Shown: positions 46,201 through 56,143 of the stretch, one piece after another
Position numbering within the stretch: position 1 is the stretch's first letter
Layout of the letters: the number at the start of each line of letters is the position of its first letter
From: a virus
Taxonomy: Duplodnaviria; Caudoviricetes
IMG/VR virus record: IMGVR_UViG_3300042363_001075
Span: 5,141-69,140 of that record
Length of the DNA: 64,000 bases
Reading direction: 5' to 3' (one strand)
Made by a program: the position numbers and the translations under genes
Notes under the pieces: generated by a model
What the model was told of the DNA's origin: nothing
Databases searched by the model: none
Seen by the model: the letters and a program-made list of their open reading frames with translations, nothing else

Positions 46201-46208
46201 ATAAATAC
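46201..46208 (-). promoter_or_regulatory. Putative late promoter box GTATTTAT
   Basis: 14 nt upstream of ATG 46186. Confidence 0.6.
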
Positions 46209-46675
46209 TAAATAGTTTCAGTTTCTTTCTTTAATGGTTTTTGATTTCCGGTTTTTGTAAGGTAAAATTTGAAATACTTATTCCTACTCATTACATCACC
46301 ATATATAGATTTGATGAGGTTCTTAACTTGTTTTTTTAATTTTGGGGATTTGAAATCTAATGGTTCGAGTAAGAATAAATTTACTTCTAAATTCATGAAA
46401 GATTTCTTTTTTAATTGTAGACCGCTTGTTCTAAGGTCTAAATCTACGATAAACTTTGTATCAAAAGTTTCTTTGTTTATGTTATCTAACACTGAGTGTT
46501 TTACATTTCTTGTCATATTTAATACGACTCTATTCCAATTTTCGATCTCATCTTTTGGTTCTACCCAAGTTTGGATATTTAAAAAAATTGATTTTAAATT
46601 TGTGGCATCAATTGTACCAAATTGGGATTTGAAGGACTTGTATCCGCTCAATTTTACCGTTTTTCCTTTTTTCAT
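46208..46675 (-). CDS. Hypothetical protein
   Basis: 155 aa basic ORF. Confidence 0.7.
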   Translation of the reverse strand: MKKGKTVKLSGYKSFKSQFGTIDATNLKSIFLNIQTWVEPKDEIENWNRVVLNMTRNVKHSVLDNINKETFDTKFIVDLDLRTSGLQLKKKSFMNLEVNLFLLEPLDFKSPKLKKQVKNLIKSIYGDVMSRNKYFKFYLTKTGNQKPLKKETETI

Positions 46676-46728
46676 AAAAATTTTTCATCTCTGAACTGTT
46701 TATTTTTAGATAATTGTAACGAATTATT

Positions 46729-46736
46729 ATATTTAT
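46729..46736 (+). promoter_or_regulatory. Putative late promoter box ATATTTAT
   Basis: 19 nt upstream of bS21 ATG 46756. Confidence 0.6.
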
Positions 46737-46755
46737 ATCAACAACCCAAAAAATA

Positions 46756-46944
46756 ATGTTATTAGTAGAAGTAAAAAAAGGTAATATAGAAAAGGCCATT
46801 AAGGATCTAAAAGGTAAACTTATTAGAACCAAACAAAATGCTATTCTTTTCGATAGAAAAGAGTTCACAAAAAAATCTGTGATTAAAAGAGAAGAGAAGA
46901 AAAAGGCCGCTTATATTCAAAGACTTAAATCTCAAAAAGATTAA
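46756..46944 (+). CDS. rpsU: Ribosomal protein bS21 homolog
   Basis: VEVKKGNIEKAIKDLKGK...RKEFTKKSVIKR...KKAAYIQR; 62 aa; C-terminus resembles Flavobacterium bS21. Confidence 0.85.
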   Translation: MLLVEVKKGNIEKAIKDLKGKLIRTKQNAILFDRKEFTKKSVIKREEKKKAAYIQRLKSQKD

Positions 46945-47657
46945 AGACCCTCTCTCAAGTTTTTTAACTTAAAGTAATTAATTTCAGAAAAAGACTCAGT
47001 TTGTAATTTTTCAATAACTTGATCAATCGTTTTGATTGTTTCACCGTCATTCTCTTTTCCTTTATTTTCCAATAGTTTTTCTAAAACTGTTTCTTTTTCT
47101 TTTTCGTAATTTTCTTTAATTACGGACTTAGGAGTGTTTAAAATTTTAACTAATTCTTTTTTCTCACTTTCATTCAAAGAAGAAATATAAGATTCAACCG
47201 TTCTGTTTGCAATTTTAACCATTGTATTTAAAGGGACTTTGATCGCATCTTTTTGGACCTCTTTTTGTTTTTTTAAATTTTCAACTAAAACTTTTTTACT
47301 TTTGATTTTACTCTCTAAAGTTAAAATGTTTGATGAAAACAAATTATCAATTTCTTCGTATTTGTTTTCACATTGTACATGACCAACCCAAGACTTTAAT
47401 TCTTTAAGACTTTTAGGTTGTACTTTGTTGTACAAATTCTCATATGCTGTAATAGATTCGTGAATAAATTCATTTGCAACAGATTCGTTTAATCCTTTGT
47501 TTTGTGACAATTCGTCGTAAAGGAAAAATATTTTTGATACATTTTTATTTTTCAATACCAACTGTTCAAAAACAAATAAACTATCCTTAAGTTTATTTTT
47601 CTTATACGACTCAACTAAATAAGTTTCTATTTTTGATTTTAATTCTCCGAATTTCAT
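46941..47657 (-). CDS. Hypothetical helical head-module protein
   Basis: 238 aa, K/E-rich, repeated L/V-x-E-S sites; late box. Confidence 0.7.
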   Translation of the reverse strand: MKFGELKSKIETYLVESYKKNKLKDSLFVFEQLVLKNKNVSKIFFLYDELSQNKGLNESVANEFIHESITAYENLYNKVQPKSLKELKSWVGHVQCENKYEEIDNLFSSNILTLESKIKSKKVLVENLKKQKEVQKDAIKVPLNTMVKIANRTVESYISSLNESEKKELVKILNTPKSVIKENYEKEKETVLEKLLENKGKENDGETIKTIDQVIEKLQTESFSEINYFKLKNLREGL

Positions 47658-47672
47658 TTTTCTAATTTTCTA

Positions 47673-47680
47673 ATAAATAT
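47673..47680 (-). promoter_or_regulatory. Putative late promoter box ATATTTAT
   Basis: 15 nt upstream of ATG 47657. Confidence 0.6.
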
Positions 47681-48138
47681 CAACTTAATTTATTTATTTC
47701 ATCATAATCAGTATCTGTTGTTTCTTCATCATACTCCTCTCGGTCAACCATTTCACCTTCCCACCAATCATTACCACCAAACCAACTATCAAAATCTTGA
47801 ACATCATTCTCATCTTCAAAATAACTTTCAACATTACTTTTCCACAATTCTCTTACACTAATATTTGCATATCTTTTTGTGTAAATTTCGTAAGTATGTA
47901 GTTCAGGAATTTTTATTGGTTCAGTGTCGTAGTTTGGATTCAACCTGTATAATGAGAAAATAAATGATAAATCCTCATTAGTAGGGGTCATTCCAATATC
48001 GTCAAGAATATCTGTAAGAATTTTTTTATTAACACCTGAAATTAAATCTCTTGTTAATCCAAAATTATTAATATCTTCTCTCATCCTTTTAATAAGGAAC
48101 TTAATATTTTTTTCGCTAAGACTTTTGAATTTACTCAT
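47680..48138 (-). CDS. Hypothetical protein
   Basis: 152 aa ORF with acidic C-terminus. Confidence 0.7.
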   Translation of the reverse strand: MSKFKSLSEKNIKFLIKRMREDINNFGLTRDLISGVNKKILTDILDDIGMTPTNEDLSFIFSLYRLNPNYDTEPIKIPELHTYEIYTKRYANISVRELWKSNVESYFEDENDVQDFDSWFGGNDWWEGEMVDREEYDEETTDTDYDEINKLS

Positions 48139-48142
48139 GTTA

Positions 48143-48150
48143 ATAAATAT
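48143..48150 (-). promoter_or_regulatory. Putative late promoter box ATATTTAT
   Basis: 4 nt upstream of ATG 48138. Confidence 0.6.
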
Positions 48151-49976
48151 TAGTCACCTAAGAGTTTTGACAATTCGTCGTCCATATCACCTAAAGATTC
48201 ATTAATTTTTCTAAAATCTAAAAACTCATCTTCATCAAAATCGTCCTCAGTCATAGATTCTAAAATTAATTTGTTTTTATCTTTTCTATATGATTCAGGA
48301 ATTGGTGGAGCTCCTCCTGCATCAGGTTCAGGTGGTGGTGGAGCTCCTCCTCCCATATCTCCTCCTGGAGGTGGTGGTGCTCCTGCGTCACCACCAGCGG
48401 CACCTGCAGTTGCGGTACCACCTGTAACTGTTTTATACAATCTATCTACAGTATCAAATACGCCTGTTTTTGTGATGATTGTTGCCGTATTATCAAGTTC
48501 AGCAGAAACTGCTCTCTCCATTCTAATCTGTTGAAGTTCTAATTTAATCTCATCGTCTGAGAATCCAAATATGTGTTTTTTGGCCCATGTTGCTGAAGTT
48601 GGTTGTATTGATTTTGCAATCTCTGTAACCATATCTTTATACAATGTTACCTTTTCTTTCCAAACATCAATCATTAACAAATCAGCTTGTTTTGATGGGT
48701 TTGTAAGTTGTAATGTAAAGTTTGACAATTCATCTTCAAACCCCATAAGGAAAAGGTGAATAATTGCAATTTTATTCATTTCTGCAATTGCAGACTTTTG
48801 AATTCTATTAATTGTTCTTGCAAAACGAATATCCAATAATGATAGGTTTTTACCGTCCCCAACAGGTTCCTCAAATCCAAGATAAGCTTTAGGTATTCTA
48901 AGAGCTGTAACCAATTTCTTTTGGATGTACTCAATATCCGCAATTTCAGATAGGTTTTGTGCTCCTGCTAATGTCTCGATTGGCATTGTAGCGGCTGGAT
49001 CACGAACAGGTATGAAATAATCTTGGTCAACCGCCATTTGATTAAATCTTAAATCGACATTTCCTGTTTTTTTATCTACAATCTGATCTCTTTTAAATTT
49101 GTTTGCAACCCTTTGTACATAAGCTTCAACATCTTTGTCATCCATGTTACCAACATAAACTTTAAACACCCTTCTTTCGGGTGCTCTTGATGTACGGTAG
49201 ATTAACATCGCATCTTCAGACAACACAAGTTGCTTCCAAATACGACGAGCTTTCTCCAACATCGATGTTCCGTAAGGAAGTTTTCTATCATCACCTAATA
49301 ATCTAAAATGGGCAACCTCCCAAGTATTGAATTCTACATCTCGTGCTTTCCATGCAAACTTTAAAGATTTTCTATTAACATTGATTGTTGCTTGAAATGT
49401 TCTTGAATCAATACCTCTTTCTAATCTTTCGATTTCAATGTTAGGTAATTGCATACAACCTGTAACACCTTTTTCAGGGTCTAATTTCAAGTAAACAAAG
49501 TTATCACCGTACTTACACATGTTTCTAATCCACATAGGTAAGTTTGTGTTGATATCCAATGTGTTAACAAATAAATCAACAAGAATACTTTTAATTCTTT
49601 TAGATTCTGAATAAACTTGTAATACATAACCATTTTGGTCTGGTGTTGTTGATTCCTCAGCGTAAATATCTAACGCAGTTGAGATCTCAGGTGTATATTC
49701 CATAGACTCATAATCATAAAACGCCGCCAATCTTGTTGGTTCGTAGTAGACCGCTTGAGTATATAGGTTATTTTCTACTTTAGCCCAATTTGAACTTAGA
49801 TAGAGTGATTGTTGATTTTGTAACTTAGCCTGCTCAAATTCACTTTTATTTTGTGTTTTGAGGATTTCATCCTTATCTAATTTGTAATCAGGTTGGCTTT
49901 GTCCGAGTGTGGAATTAGGACCAAAGGTTTTCGATAACCTTTGCCACACCGTAAAATTTTGATTATTTTTTTCCAT
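48150..49976 (-). CDS. Portal protein (T4 gp20-like)
   Basis: YESMEYTPEISTALDIYAEE, YGTSMLEKARRIWKQL, YRTSRAPERRVF, DQDYFIPVR, ALRIPKAYLG. Confidence 0.95.
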   Translation of the reverse strand: MEKNNQNFTVWQRLSKTFGPNSTLGQSQPDYKLDKDEILKTQNKSEFEQAKLQNQQSLYLSSNWAKVENNLYTQAVYYEPTRLAAFYDYESMEYTPEISTALDIYAEESTTPDQNGYVLQVYSESKRIKSILVDLFVNTLDINTNLPMWIRNMCKYGDNFVYLKLDPEKGVTGCMQLPNIEIERLERGIDSRTFQATINVNRKSLKFAWKARDVEFNTWEVAHFRLLGDDRKLPYGTSMLEKARRIWKQLVLSEDAMLIYRTSRAPERRVFKVYVGNMDDKDVEAYVQRVANKFKRDQIVDKKTGNVDLRFNQMAVDQDYFIPVRDPAATMPIETLAGAQNLSEIADIEYIQKKLVTALRIPKAYLGFEEPVGDGKNLSLLDIRFARTINRIQKSAIAEMNKIAIIHLFLMGFEDELSNFTLQLTNPSKQADLLMIDVWKEKVTLYKDMVTEIAKSIQPTSATWAKKHIFGFSDDEIKLELQQIRMERAVSAELDNTATIITKTGVFDTVDRLYKTVTGGTATAGAAGGDAGAPPPPGGDMGGGAPPPPEPDAGGAPPIPESYRKDKNKLILESMTEDDFDEDEFLDFRKINESLGDMDDELSKLLGD

Positions 49977-49997
49977 ATTAAAAGTTTAACTATAGAT

Positions 49998-50005
49998 ATA
50001 AATAT
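49998..50005 (-). promoter_or_regulatory. Putative late promoter box ATATTTAT
   Basis: 21 nt upstream of portal ATG. Confidence 0.6.
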
Positions 50006-50054
50006 TTCAATAGTTCAATAAACCTTATCAATTATAATATGGTGTAATTAAAGA

Positions 50055-50258
50055 TTAAGGGTTTTGTGATGCAGGTGGTGTTGTAGATGGTGTTTGTTGA
50101 TTTACACTATGGCTATAAAACTCACTATCCTTAGTTGCTGAAGTTTTATACTTAAAAGATGGTGTAAATACTTTTATACCTGTTGTTGGTTGTCCATCAA
50201 CAATCAATCTTGATCCATTAGCAATCCTACCTGATTTTGGTCTTATGTTCAGTCCCAT
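50055..50258 (-). CDS. Small hypothetical protein
   Basis: 67 aa, 3 nt after the terminase stop. Confidence 0.55.
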   Translation of the reverse strand: MGLNIRPKSGRIANGSRLIVDGQPTTGIKVFTPSFKYKTSATKDSEFYSHSVNQQTPSTTPPASQNP

Positions 50259-50261
50259 ATT

Positions 50262-52040
50262 CTATTTCATTAAACCACCAAATAACCAACCATATTTTTG
50301 ATAGTCTTCTCTTGATGCACCATTGTTATTTAATCCCATTCGTTCATTTAAAATATTTTGATTCGGGATTAGAGGATCAAAATGTGTTTCATTTTTAACG
50401 GCTTCATTATTTACTATCGCCCAAGATTCGATCATGGACTTAGCCTGATCAGTTGCTTTTTCTAATTTAGAGAATGAGGATTCGGCAATATATATCGCCA
50501 TAGAAATACCCATGATAAGGTCATCATGTTGCCCTTTTTGGTGGTCAGGTCTACCATTTATATAAACAAAAGTATTCATTTCGTTATATAACCTAACACT
50601 TCTAATTTTAAACTTATGTCTAACCCACTCCTCAAATGCTGCAATAATTTGAACCCTTTTATTGTTAAAGTTAATTCCAGGTATTTTCTCAACAGATGTT
50701 TTGTTATTTGCCCAAATATTAAATGGATCAATACCGTCAACATATAAGTTTTTATAACCAAGTTCTTGCATTTTTCTTACTGTGGTAATTCCCATACCTC
50801 CAGTGATATCAACAACAACATATGAGTTATATAACATCCCCCACTTATAGGCAACTTCTGCTAATGTATCGGGTGGAATTTTTCCCACATATTCCAATAC
50901 TTGTTCTCTTTCGTCAAAATCTATAATTTGTATAGAAGAAAAGTCTTCACTATCTCCTCTCGACACATCGACACCCATAATGTATTTATGTCCTTCAATA
51001 GGTTCTTTCCATATCCAAATTGAGTTACCCATTAATTTTGACGGTGCGTCTAACAAGGAGTTATTTTTAATTTCTTCAAGTTGTTTATTATCAAATACAT
51101 TATCGCCCGACCCTAAAAACTCACAATTTAACTCTTGGTTTATTTTTCTTTTGTCATACTTAAGTTTTTTAACCATTTTTTCATACCAAGTTGAGCATGG
51201 TTTGTACCCTTGTTTAAAAAAATGTTTTAGTTCTTCATAGTCTCTTTCATATGGATCAACATGAGCAAAAGATACATTTTTAGAATCATCAAACTCTTCA
51301 CGATTTAAAAGATAGTGTATTAAATCATCGGTAGGTACTAAGAATAAGTCTTTTGCATATCTTGGATCTCTATACCAAAACATTTCAGAAATCTTAAAGT
51401 TATTCATGCCCTTTAATGATTGATCGTAGATCTCATAATAAATTGGGTCATATCCGTTTGGTGTTGATACAACAATTACCTTACCCCCTGTGGATAAGGA
51501 TGCCATACAAGCTGCCCAGAAATCACTGTCCGCTTCGATAAACGCGGCCTCGTCAAATACAAGAATTGTTGGGGTAAATCCACGAAGTGCATCTTTTGAG
51601 GTGGCAACCGCTTTAACCTCAGATCCGTTAGTTAACTTATAATGTCTTTGTGAGTTTTTATCGTTGGAGAATCCAGCTCCTACCCAACTTGGCCATTGAT
51701 CAACAAAGGCTCTGATCTTATTTGCCATCTCCATTGATGTATCAAGTTTGTTGGCAATTATCAATATTTTTTCAGGTTGAGTTTTCTTAGCAAATACCAA
51801 TCGTTTTGATATCCAAGCTGCGGTTACTGTTGATACGCCTGCCTGACGATATTTGAGTGCTATGTTTTCCTCATAGTCTTCATAATCTTTTAACAATGAA
51901 ACTTGATCAGGAAATAGTTCTAATGGAACATATTTAGAAACCGTATTGTCGTATGTTTGAAGGTATGTTCTAAGAGCATATGGAGTGTCGTTCATACACT
52001 TCACATACTCAATCATTACTTGTTCTTTAGTTAAACCCAT
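50262..52040 (-). CDS. terL: Terminase large subunit (T4 gp17-like)
   Basis: LKYRQAGVST, LVFDEAAF (Walker B), VSTPNG, QELNCEF, YIMGVDVSRG, DDLIMG. Confidence 0.95.
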   Translation of the reverse strand: MGLTKEQVMIEYVKCMNDTPYALRTYLQTYDNTVSKYVPLELFPDQVSLLKDYEDYEENIALKYRQAGVSTVTAAWISKRLVFAKKTQPEKILIIANKLDTSMEMANKIRAFVDQWPSWVGAGFSNDKNSQRHYKLTNGSEVKAVATSKDALRGFTPTILVFDEAAFIEADSDFWAACMASLSTGGKVIVVSTPNGYDPIYYEIYDQSLKGMNNFKISEMFWYRDPRYAKDLFLVPTDDLIHYLLNREEFDDSKNVSFAHVDPYERDYEELKHFFKQGYKPCSTWYEKMVKKLKYDKRKINQELNCEFLGSGDNVFDNKQLEEIKNNSLLDAPSKLMGNSIWIWKEPIEGHKYIMGVDVSRGDSEDFSSIQIIDFDEREQVLEYVGKIPPDTLAEVAYKWGMLYNSYVVVDITGGMGITTVRKMQELGYKNLYVDGIDPFNIWANNKTSVEKIPGINFNNKRVQIIAAFEEWVRHKFKIRSVRLYNEMNTFVYINGRPDHQKGQHDDLIMGISMAIYIAESSFSKLEKATDQAKSMIESWAIVNNEAVKNETHFDPLIPNQNILNERMGLNNNGASREDYQKYGWLFGGLMK

Positions 52041-52045
52041 ATCTA

Positions 52046-52053
52046 ATAAATAT
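52046..52053 (-). promoter_or_regulatory. Putative late promoter box ATATTTAT
   Basis: 5 nt upstream of terL ATG. Confidence 0.6.
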
Positions 52054-52078
52054 CAATTATGGGTTTTTGTTGTAAACA

Positions 52079-52924
52079 TTACTTTTTTCCTATTGAAAAC
52101 ATTTTTGATATTGGTAATTCCTTAGGTGCTTCGTGAGAAAACATGGAAACTTTTTTTGGTCTACGGATAATCATTGACTTAGACTTTTTTTTTATTGTCT
52201 CGATTAAATCCTTTTTTGACATTTTAGCATCTATGTTATTATCGACCATTTCTAAGATTTTTTTTTCTAAAAATTTTTTAAAATTTTCATTTGTGTTTTT
52301 CTTAACAGTTTTTTCGGGATGTTTTTTTTCCGGCATATTTTTGTACTGTTTTTTTGATGTGGAATCAGAAAATTCTTTTGCCATTTTACACCATTTACAA
52401 TCTTTAGAAGAACATTTGTTACAACGAGCCCAAAATAAACCCTGCTGAGCCTTAGATTCAAACTTTTCTGTAATTTCTGACTCTGCCATACCCATATTGG
52501 ATCTGTTGTTATCAGAATCATCGTCCATACCATCAGGTGCCATGTCATTAGCCATGTGAGGAGCTTCTTGACCTGTATATTTTTGTAATTCTACATCACC
52601 TTGAGCGTTTGATGAAGTTACATCATCTGTTTCATCCTCTTTTATTTCACTTTCCATAGGTGTTGCAGTAACGGTTCCGTCAGGATTTTTTTTGACTTGA
52701 TATCCTTTCGGGTTGGGTGGTAATTCTCCTGGTCCTTTGATTTTGTATGAAGTTTTTGCCGGTTCAGTAACTTGGTCAACCTGTTCTTTAGCCTCTTTTT
52801 TAAATTTTTCAACCAAGACTTTTACCTGATTGTCAGTTAATTTACTAATAACATTAGTAGACAAACCGTTCTCAACTAAAAACATAATATTCTTCTTATT
52901 TTTCATAAACAACTTCTTTTTCAA
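52079..52924 (-). CDS. Putative internal head polyprotein
   Basis: Acidic linkers, then ITE followed by basic KFESKAQQ...CNKC...CKWC...MPEKK module. Confidence 0.55.
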   Translation of the reverse strand: MKKKLFMKNKKNIMFLVENGLSTNVISKLTDNQVKVLVEKFKKEAKEQVDQVTEPAKTSYKIKGPGELPPNPKGYQVKKNPDGTVTATPMESEIKEDETDDVTSSNAQGDVELQKYTGQEAPHMANDMAPDGMDDDSDNNRSNMGMAESEITEKFESKAQQGLFWARCNKCSSKDCKWCKMAKEFSDSTSKKQYKNMPEKKHPEKTVKKNTNENFKKFLEKKILEMVDNNIDAKMSKKDLIETIKKKSKSMIIRRPKKVSMFSHEAPKELPISKMFSIGKK

Positions 52925-53303
52925 ATTGTAATACTATATCTCTTTCATATAGTTTGTTTTTAACATCGTCTTCACTTTCCCCAAATCTAAATACTAATCT
53001 CTTAACTAATGAAAAATCAATGTCGTTAGTTTCTTTTTCCCAACCTAACGCAATTACACCATCCATAGAGTCTATAACAGAAAACACATCTGAATCTTGT
53101 ACAAGTTCAAACAATAAATCGTCGTTGATAAGTGTACCAACTTTTTTGATGTATTCTAAATCGGGTGGTAAAGGATAACTATTTGCTGGTTTTGCTTCCC
53201 AATTTTCACCAAATACTTCTAAAGTATCAGAAAAAATAAATTCATAAATATTGTCACCCTTGTAGTTAGGCCCCAAACCATTTATGTAAATCAAATGATT
53301 CAT
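52896..53303 (-). CDS. Hypothetical protein
   Basis: 135 aa ORF overlapping neighbours. Confidence 0.7.
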   Translation of the reverse strand: MNHLIYINGLGPNYKGDNIYEFIFSDTLEVFGENWEAKPANSYPLPPDLEYIKKVGTLINDDLLFELVQDSDVFSVIDSMDGVIALGWEKETNDIDFSLVKRLVFRFGESEDDVKNKLYERDIVLQFEKEVVYEK

Positions 53304-54766
53304 ATCAACTTACCTGATTTTGTAATTCTAACTTCATTAATACCTTCTTTGAAGATAAGGTTTCCTTTATTACTCAATCCCAATAACTTAACTCTTTGGT
53401 TTTCTTTGATGTACTCCAAAGCTACTGATAATTGTTCAGATGATTCAGCAAGTTTAATTATGTTTTGTTTGTTGGTATTGTAAATACGATTTGTTTTTTG
53501 ATCTTTGGTGTTTTGATATTTTTTATCTTCTGACTCGTTAAGAATAAAATATTTAGACAACACTTTGTCAACCGATGATTCAGAAAAAGTACCATGTTCT
53601 AAATGATCAACATTAGGATAATGTCTTTTTCTTCTTCTTTCATTTCTATGTGACTCTTCGTAAGATTCTTCTTCACCCATTTCACTTGTTAAAGCTTTAG
53701 AAGCTTGTGATGCGTAAGCCCCACCGAAATAGTCATTAAAGGCGTCGTTTATGTTATCATACCCTTCTGCCATTTCAGGTTCTGCTGGTGGTTCAGGTAC
53801 AACTTCTTCTTCGTCTTCAGTTTCATCAAATGTTACATCTTCCTCTTCGTCACCTCCCTCATCTTCGTCCGTTCCTTCTAACTTATCAATGATTTGTTCA
53901 ATATCATCTTCATCCAATACCTCAACATCGATAGCGGACAAAATAGAATTAATAATATATTTGATTTCTTTTGGGGAGAGTTCTTTGTCTTCTTCGTAAG
54001 TTCTAATTTTTTGAGCTAACTTACCTACCAAAATTTGGATTCTTTTAAGATCGGAAACTTTTTTTTCTCTAGGTTTTTTTTCTATTTCAATATCTTCTTC
54101 CTCATCTTCCATACCCATGTCAGGTTCTTCCATATCTGGTGACGGTTCTTCCATACCCCCCTCATCTGTACCCATATCTGTCGGCGGTTCTTCCATCCCT
54201 CCTTCAGGTGCGCCCATATCAGGTGCCGGTTCTTCCATCCCTCCTTCAGGTGCCCCCATATCAGTTGGCGGAGGTACTGCACCTTCTTCTGGCGTTGGTG
54301 CCGGAGCGGGTAATGGTGCCGGAGCTGGAGCAGGTTCTGCAGGTGGTGGTGTTTCTTGCGCAGGTTCATCTGCAGCTTTTTTCTTTTTAGTTTTTAGTAT
54401 GAACTTTTTTTTTTGCTCACCTATTAGTGAGATACCTTCTTCGTTTTCGTGTAGAACATTAATTTCTTTAGCCATTAAGTTTAATCGCTTAAGTGCTGAT
54501 GAATAAGAAGAATAATATTTTCTTGATTTCATAGGTTCAATGTAATCAGTCTCAGACTCATTAATTGCCATTTTGATAATATATCCGTTTCTTTCTTTTT
54601 CAATACGGTATGTGTTACCGTCAGCAAAGTCTATGCTATATTCAGTAGATTTTGTTTCATTTACAGACTGAGGTATATTTTCATTATAACGAGCAATTTC
54701 CATTATTCGTCTGATTTTATCCATTCCCTCTAATTTTTCACTTCCGATAGGTTTAAATCCTCCCAT
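53300..54766 (-). CDS. Acidic Pro/Met-rich head-module protein
   Basis: MGAPEGGMEEPxPD repeats (42-bp units near 54130-54270); many L/I/V-x-E sites. Confidence 0.7.
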   Translation of the reverse strand: MGGFKPIGSEKLEGMDKIRRIMEIARYNENIPQSVNETKSTEYSIDFADGNTYRIEKERNGYIIKMAINESETDYIEPMKSRKYYSSYSSALKRLNLMAKEINVLHENEEGISLIGEQKKKFILKTKKKKAADEPAQETPPPAEPAPAPAPLPAPAPTPEEGAVPPPTDMGAPEGGMEEPAPDMGAPEGGMEEPPTDMGTDEGGMEEPSPDMEEPDMGMEDEEEDIEIEKKPREKKVSDLKRIQILVGKLAQKIRTYEEDKELSPKEIKYIINSILSAIDVEVLDEDDIEQIIDKLEGTDEDEGGDEEEDVTFDETEDEEEVVPEPPAEPEMAEGYDNINDAFNDYFGGAYASQASKALTSEMGEEESYEESHRNERRRKRHYPNVDHLEHGTFSESSVDKVLSKYFILNESEDKKYQNTKDQKTNRIYNTNKQNIIKLAESSEQLSVALEYIKENQRVKLLGLSNKGNLIFKEGINEVRITKSGKLI

Positions 54767-54802
54767 GTTATTTTTTTATTTAATGTGAATTATTTTTTCT
54801 TA

Positions 54803-54822
54803 ATAAATATACCAATAAATAT
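54803..54822 (-). promoter_or_regulatory. Two tandem late promoter boxes ATATTTAT
   Basis: 54803-54810 and 54815-54822, upstream of ATG 54766. Confidence 0.55.
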
Positions 54823-54844
54823 AATTATTCTATAATGTGGTTAT

Positions 54845-55582
54845 TTATTGTTTCATTGATAATTTTTTGTCGATAATTTCAGTTGGTAAGTCATAAAGTT
54901 TCTCAATGTATCCATTTCTTCTTAGTAGTTTGAATACTAAATTTTCAATAGACATTTCACCGTTTTTTTCTAATCCACAGTTTCTGAAATTCTTCAATTT
55001 CTCCTTGTATTTTTTTACAATACTTTTTATCTCTTCAGGATCCTCATCTTCTATATTATCCACAACACCATCAATTATTCTCATCCATTGTTTAGATTTT
55101 TCCTTGATTAGTTCTTTATCAATATTTGTTTTATCAAGTTTTTTTGGTTCATTTACCCACATATCATATAGTATGGAATAAATACCACTACTGAAAGTTG
55201 TTTCACTTTCACTTTGTACGAAACACTCAACATCGTAACCAAACATTTTAATATTATGTTTTTGATTAAAAATTACTTTTTTTAAGTCAAAAAATTCAAC
55301 ATATAAGTCTTGTGAATTTGTTGGGAACTGGTTGAAGTTTACTACAATATGTAAATCTATGTCAGAGTATTTGGACCAATTATAATTAACAAGTGATCCG
55401 ATCATTATTATGTCGGTTACTAATATCTCAATCCCTAAAAAATCTATAAAAATATTTGAGGTTTCTAAAAGTTTTTTTCTAACCTCAGGTCTCATAGAAT
55501 ATGAGTTACCTTTTTTTTCCCAAATTTTAGAATTTAGTTCATCCTGAGACTCAAAACTTTTTATAATATCCGAAGTATCCAT
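54845..55582 (-). CDS. Pol-beta superfamily nucleotidyltransferase
   Basis: IIMIGSLVNYNWSKYSDIDLHIV (hGS...DxD) and YDVECFVQ third carboxylate. Confidence 0.75.
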   Translation of the reverse strand: MDTSDIIKSFESQDELNSKIWEKKGNSYSMRPEVRKKLLETSNIFIDFLGIEILVTDIIMIGSLVNYNWSKYSDIDLHIVVNFNQFPTNSQDLYVEFFDLKKVIFNQKHNIKMFGYDVECFVQSESETTFSSGIYSILYDMWVNEPKKLDKTNIDKELIKEKSKQWMRIIDGVVDNIEDEDPEEIKSIVKKYKEKLKNFRNCGLEKNGEMSIENLVFKLLRRNGYIEKLYDLPTEIIDKKLSMKQ

Positions 55583-55586
55583 AATG

Positions 55587-55594
55587 ATAAATAC
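55587..55594 (-). promoter_or_regulatory. Putative late promoter box GTATTTAT
   Basis: 4 nt upstream of ATG 55582. Confidence 0.6.
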
Positions 55595-55601
55595 TTTCTA
55601 G

Positions 55602-55844
55602 TTAGAGTTTCTTATATGTGTGAGCTTTAGAAATGTTTTTATTAAAGAAGTTTCCTTGTGATTCAGCCATTCTAAATTGAGTATATTTTTGATGAGGAAT
55701 ATCATTGTACTCATATCTTACTCCGTTTTTAAACTCTGCGATCATTTTTTTAGTTGATGTATCATATTGTGTTCTTACAATATTTGAGGATTCTACTTCA
55801 TTTAAAATTGTAGTACCGCTAATTATTTCACTTGTTATTGCCAT
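55602..55844 (-). CDS. KTSC-domain protein
   Basis: VESSNIVRTQYD...AEFKNGVRYEY...AESQGNFFNKNI. Confidence 0.88.
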   Translation of the reverse strand: MAITSEIISGTTILNEVESSNIVRTQYDTSTKKMIAEFKNGVRYEYNDIPHQKYTQFRMAESQGNFFNKNISKAHTYKKL

Positions 55845-56139
55845 TTGGTTTTCTTAATGGGGTTATGTCATCTATATGACTAAGTTTATCCATAATATAA
55901 TAATGAACTATGTCTCCGTCAACATTAAAACCATAATCTTTAATTGTTTGAAAAATCTCACGCATTTTTGGTTGGAATCTGGAGTGCAAAACTAATAAGT
56001 CTTGAGGAAAATATCTTGGACTTAACAAATCTTCTTCTGACCACTCCTCTCTTTGGAATATTTTTCTCATGTCAAAATAATCCTGTTCTAAATCTTTTGT
56101 CAATTCCAAAGTATCTACAAATTTTCTCCATCCTTCCAT
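55828..56139 (-). CDS. Hypothetical protein
   Basis: Start reassigned to ATG 56139 (MEGWRKF), 4 nt after a late box. Confidence 0.65.
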   Translation of the reverse strand: MEGWRKFVDTLELTKDLEQDYFDMRKIFQREEWSEEDLLSPRYFPQDLLVLHSRFQPKMREIFQTIKDYGFNVDGDIVHYYIMDKLSHIDDITPLRKPNGNNK

Positions 56140-56143
56140 ATCT

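Noticed and set aside
50262-52040. Intein or intron in terL, portal or MCP
   Set aside because: ORFs are continuous with no intein (C...HN) or homing-endonuclease motifs seen.
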